From Nitrososphaeria archaeon (GTDB taxonomy: Archaea > Thermoproteota > Nitrososphaeria > Conexivisphaerales > UBA164), in NCBI GenBank assembly GCA_049976505.1, contig JBMFIC010000003.1:25304-89303 (forward strand): a stretch of 64,000 bases of DNA, read 5' to 3'. The notes under the pieces are model-generated. The model saw nothing but the letters and a program-made list of their open reading frames with translations, searched no databases and had not been told where the DNA came from. Position 1 is the first letter of the stretch. The number at the start of each line of letters is the position of its first letter. The translations under genes were made by a program, and so were the position numbers. Below are positions 62,185-64,000 of the stretch, piece after piece.

Positions 62185-63561
62185 ATGCAAGAATATGATA
62201 GTACGGGAAAAAAGGTGTACTGGACTGCTAGTTCGATACTCTTTGTCGTAAGCGTACTGATGATGGGGTATGGGATATACCAGCAGGTCGTTCTGCACGT
62301 CTACAAGGCTCCACTGCTTCTCGGAATAGTTGCAGGGATGCTGCTTGCAATCCCGCTCGAGCTGTGGAATTTCTCAGATCCCGACACGCTCTTCAGGGTT
62401 ATGGCGTTCCAGGACAGGTTCCTTATAGTGTGCTTTGGGTTTGCAATAGGCCTTGGCGCAATACTTCTATATGGCCTTAACCTCTTTGTTCCTCATCCGA
62501 ACTTTGGAATCAAGGACCTGTTCGTGCTTGGGATAGTTCTCGGGGGTCTCATATTCGGGCTTGGGGTGGGTATTGCAGGGTACTTCCCCGGAACCGTCTG
62601 GATAGCCCTCGGACAGGGAAGGAGGGACGCAATCTACGCCGTTGCCGGTGGCCTTCTCGGAGCTTTCACGTGGTCAGTTATATTTGGCAGCGTGAGGGGC
62701 CTCCTATGGAACACTCTTAACTTTGGACCTGTTACATGGGCCACTCTGTTTGGGTTTAACACGAGGCTTGGCATGTTCTTGGTGAGCCTGGTCTTCGGGG
62801 CCATACTGTTCTCGGTATTCCTCTTTCTGCCGAGATTTCCAAAGCAGCCAACAAGACAGTCGTGCGCATATCACCTTTCTGGAGCCAATAGGGAAGTCGT
62901 CAGGTTCAATGAAGTGATTGACGAGGAGACAAAGAAGTATCCGAACGCAAGGCCATACATAACTAGGCTGATCAACGAGAGCAGCATAGAAAACGCGAGA
63001 TCAATAATACTTCTAGGGCTTGAGTTCACAATAACTGCAGTAGCAGTAATAATACTGAGGCAGATCTTCGGCGAGTCCACAACGTACTCGTGGATAGGCG
63101 CGCAGATATCCTACCTGATAAATCCAGTATGGGCGGCGTCGAATCCATACTTCCAGCTCTTTGGCGGCATGCATCTGGTGAACGGAATACCAGTAAACCA
63201 TCCGTTCAGCGAGATAGGATGGGAGCCATTCTCAGATCTGGGAACTTTTCTTGGAGGGCTTGTTTCCTCACTGATCATAAGCAGAAGGTTCATGGGATTC
63301 AAGAAGCAGGTTCCATATGTCTGGCAGCACAGGTTCGGGCCATCTGAATCAAAGAGAGCCCTTGGATCCTTCATAGGAGCCTTCATGGTGCTGTTCGGTG
63401 CCAGGATGGCCAACGGATGCGCTTCGGGGCATATACTCAGCGGGGACATACAGATGGCAGTTTCAAGCTTCCTCTTCCTGATAATGGTCACGATAGGAGC
63501 CTGGATAGCTCTCAGATACATACTCCACCTCAGAATAAACGCCCAGGGCTACGTGGATTAA
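62185..63561 (+). CDS. YeeE/YedE-family (sulfur-compound transport-related) membrane protein with a long hydrophilic central loop
   Basis: 458 aa. C-terminal GARMANGCASGHILSG motif typical of YeeE/YedE. Two hydrophobic halves are separated by ~65 hydrophilic residues. Confidence 0.65.
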   Translation: MQEYDSTGKKVYWTASSILFVVSVLMMGYGIYQQVVLHVYKAPLLLGIVAGMLLAIPLELWNFSDPDTLFRVMAFQDRFLIVCFGFAIGLGAILLYGLNLFVPHPNFGIKDLFVLGIVLGGLIFGLGVGIAGYFPGTVWIALGQGRRDAIYAVAGGLLGAFTWSVIFGSVRGLLWNTLNFGPVTWATLFGFNTRLGMFLVSLVFGAILFSVFLFLPRFPKQPTRQSCAYHLSGANREVVRFNEVIDEETKKYPNARPYITRLINESSIENARSIILLGLEFTITAVAVIILRQIFGESTTYSWIGAQISYLINPVWAASNPYFQLFGGMHLVNGIPVNHPFSEIGWEPFSDLGTFLGGLVSSLIISRRFMGFKKQVPYVWQHRFGPSESKRALGSFIGAFMVLFGARMANGCASGHILSGDIQMAVSSFLFLIMVTIGAWIALRYILHLRINAQGYVD

Positions 63562-63686
63562 ATTTTTAAATCCCGTTTTATTTTTTGTTTATTACTTTGT
63601 AAGCGCCCAAACAGCTCAGACCCATAAGCTGTGCGATTTATAGGATTAAATTTATAAACAGAGCATAGCTGTTATATTGACGGAAA

Positions 63687-63962
63687 TTGGAAATATCGGT
63701 TCTTAATAAAACGGAGAACTCAATCGAACTGATGTTCAAGAACGTTGACTTTTCGCTTTTAAGAATAGTGCAGCATGCGCTTCTGGAGGATAAAAGGGTG
63801 AAGAACATCTCGGTTAAGAGAGGGCATCCTCTGACCAAGGAGCTTTACTTGTATCTTCTGACCGATGGCTCAGATCCAAAGCAGGTTCTTAAGGAAGGCA
63901 TAGGAAGAGCAAGGGAGATGACAAAAAGCTTAAAAGCGGAGCTGGAGAAGGCTCTATCTTGA
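63687..63962 (+). CDS. rpoL: DNA-directed RNA polymerase subunit L (Rpo11)
   Basis: 91 aa. ..NSIELMFKNVDFSLLRIVQHALLEDKRVKNISVKRGHPL.. matches the RpoL/Rpb11 pattern. TTG start. Confidence 0.7.
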   Translation: MEISVLNKTENSIELMFKNVDFSLLRIVQHALLEDKRVKNISVKRGHPLTKELYLYLLTDGSDPKQVLKEGIGRAREMTKSLKAELEKALS

Positions 63963-63968
63963 CCTGAA

Positions 63969-64000
63969 TGCCCAAGTTCTGTCCAAAAGATGGAACTCTG
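63969..64000 (+). CDS. 5' end of a CDS (MPKFCPKDGTL..), probably a zinc-ribbon protein (partial)
   Basis: The ATG at 63969 follows the rpoL stop by 6 nt. Only 10 codons are visible. Confidence 0.25.

Overview
Archaeal chromosomal window. The informational genes are Orc1/Cdc6, aEF-2, S6e, L21e, Rpo4/RpoF, Rpo11/RpoL, RNase P protein subunits and GGGP synthase. AGG/AGA/ATA-rich codon usage and the overall gene content most resemble a thermophilic Thermoplasmata-type euryarchaeon, but the lineage cannot be fixed from this sequence alone. Layout: (i) 0-6.7 kb holds housekeeping genes and a clear replication origin (four ORB elements plus an AT-rich unwinding element) abutting orc1/cdc6. (ii) 6.7-11.3 kb holds an AT-richer kdpA-kdpB cluster with no kdpC, led by a membrane-anchored winged-helix gene and a perfect 18-bp palindrome. 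(iii) 11.3-26.6 kb holds GGGP synthase, ArgRS, a HAD phosphatase, a stand-alone 5S rRNA, proC, a xanthine-dehydrogenase-family molybdoenzyme operon with an embedded MoaD/ThiS-like gene, GDH, a large radical-SAM gene, S6e and EF-2. (iv) 26.6-41 kb is a decay and accessory zone. It contains an orphan 2-repeat CRISPR mini-array, Hel308, initiator tRNA-Met, and a nucleotidyltransferase/metallophosphoesterase pair. It also contains two TnpB-only IS200/IS605-type elements, both frameshifted, that have destroyed two of three APC permease paralogs. Short hairpin relics of the same IS occur elsewhere, and an AIM24 gene carries an in-frame amber codon. (v) 41-64 kb holds heme O synthase and tRNA-Val, then a block for malate synthase, glyoxylate aminotransferase and fatty-acid beta-oxidation. 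That block contains SCP2, a HADH/ECH fusion, thiolase, a paired competent and degenerate ACAD, convergent etfB/etfA, a membrane HdrD-like Fe-S oxidoreductase, an SDR and an acyl-CoA synthetase. The window ends with a YeeE-like transporter and rpoL. All calls rest on motif reading of the supplied ORF translations and on direct inspection of intergenic DNA. No database search was possible.
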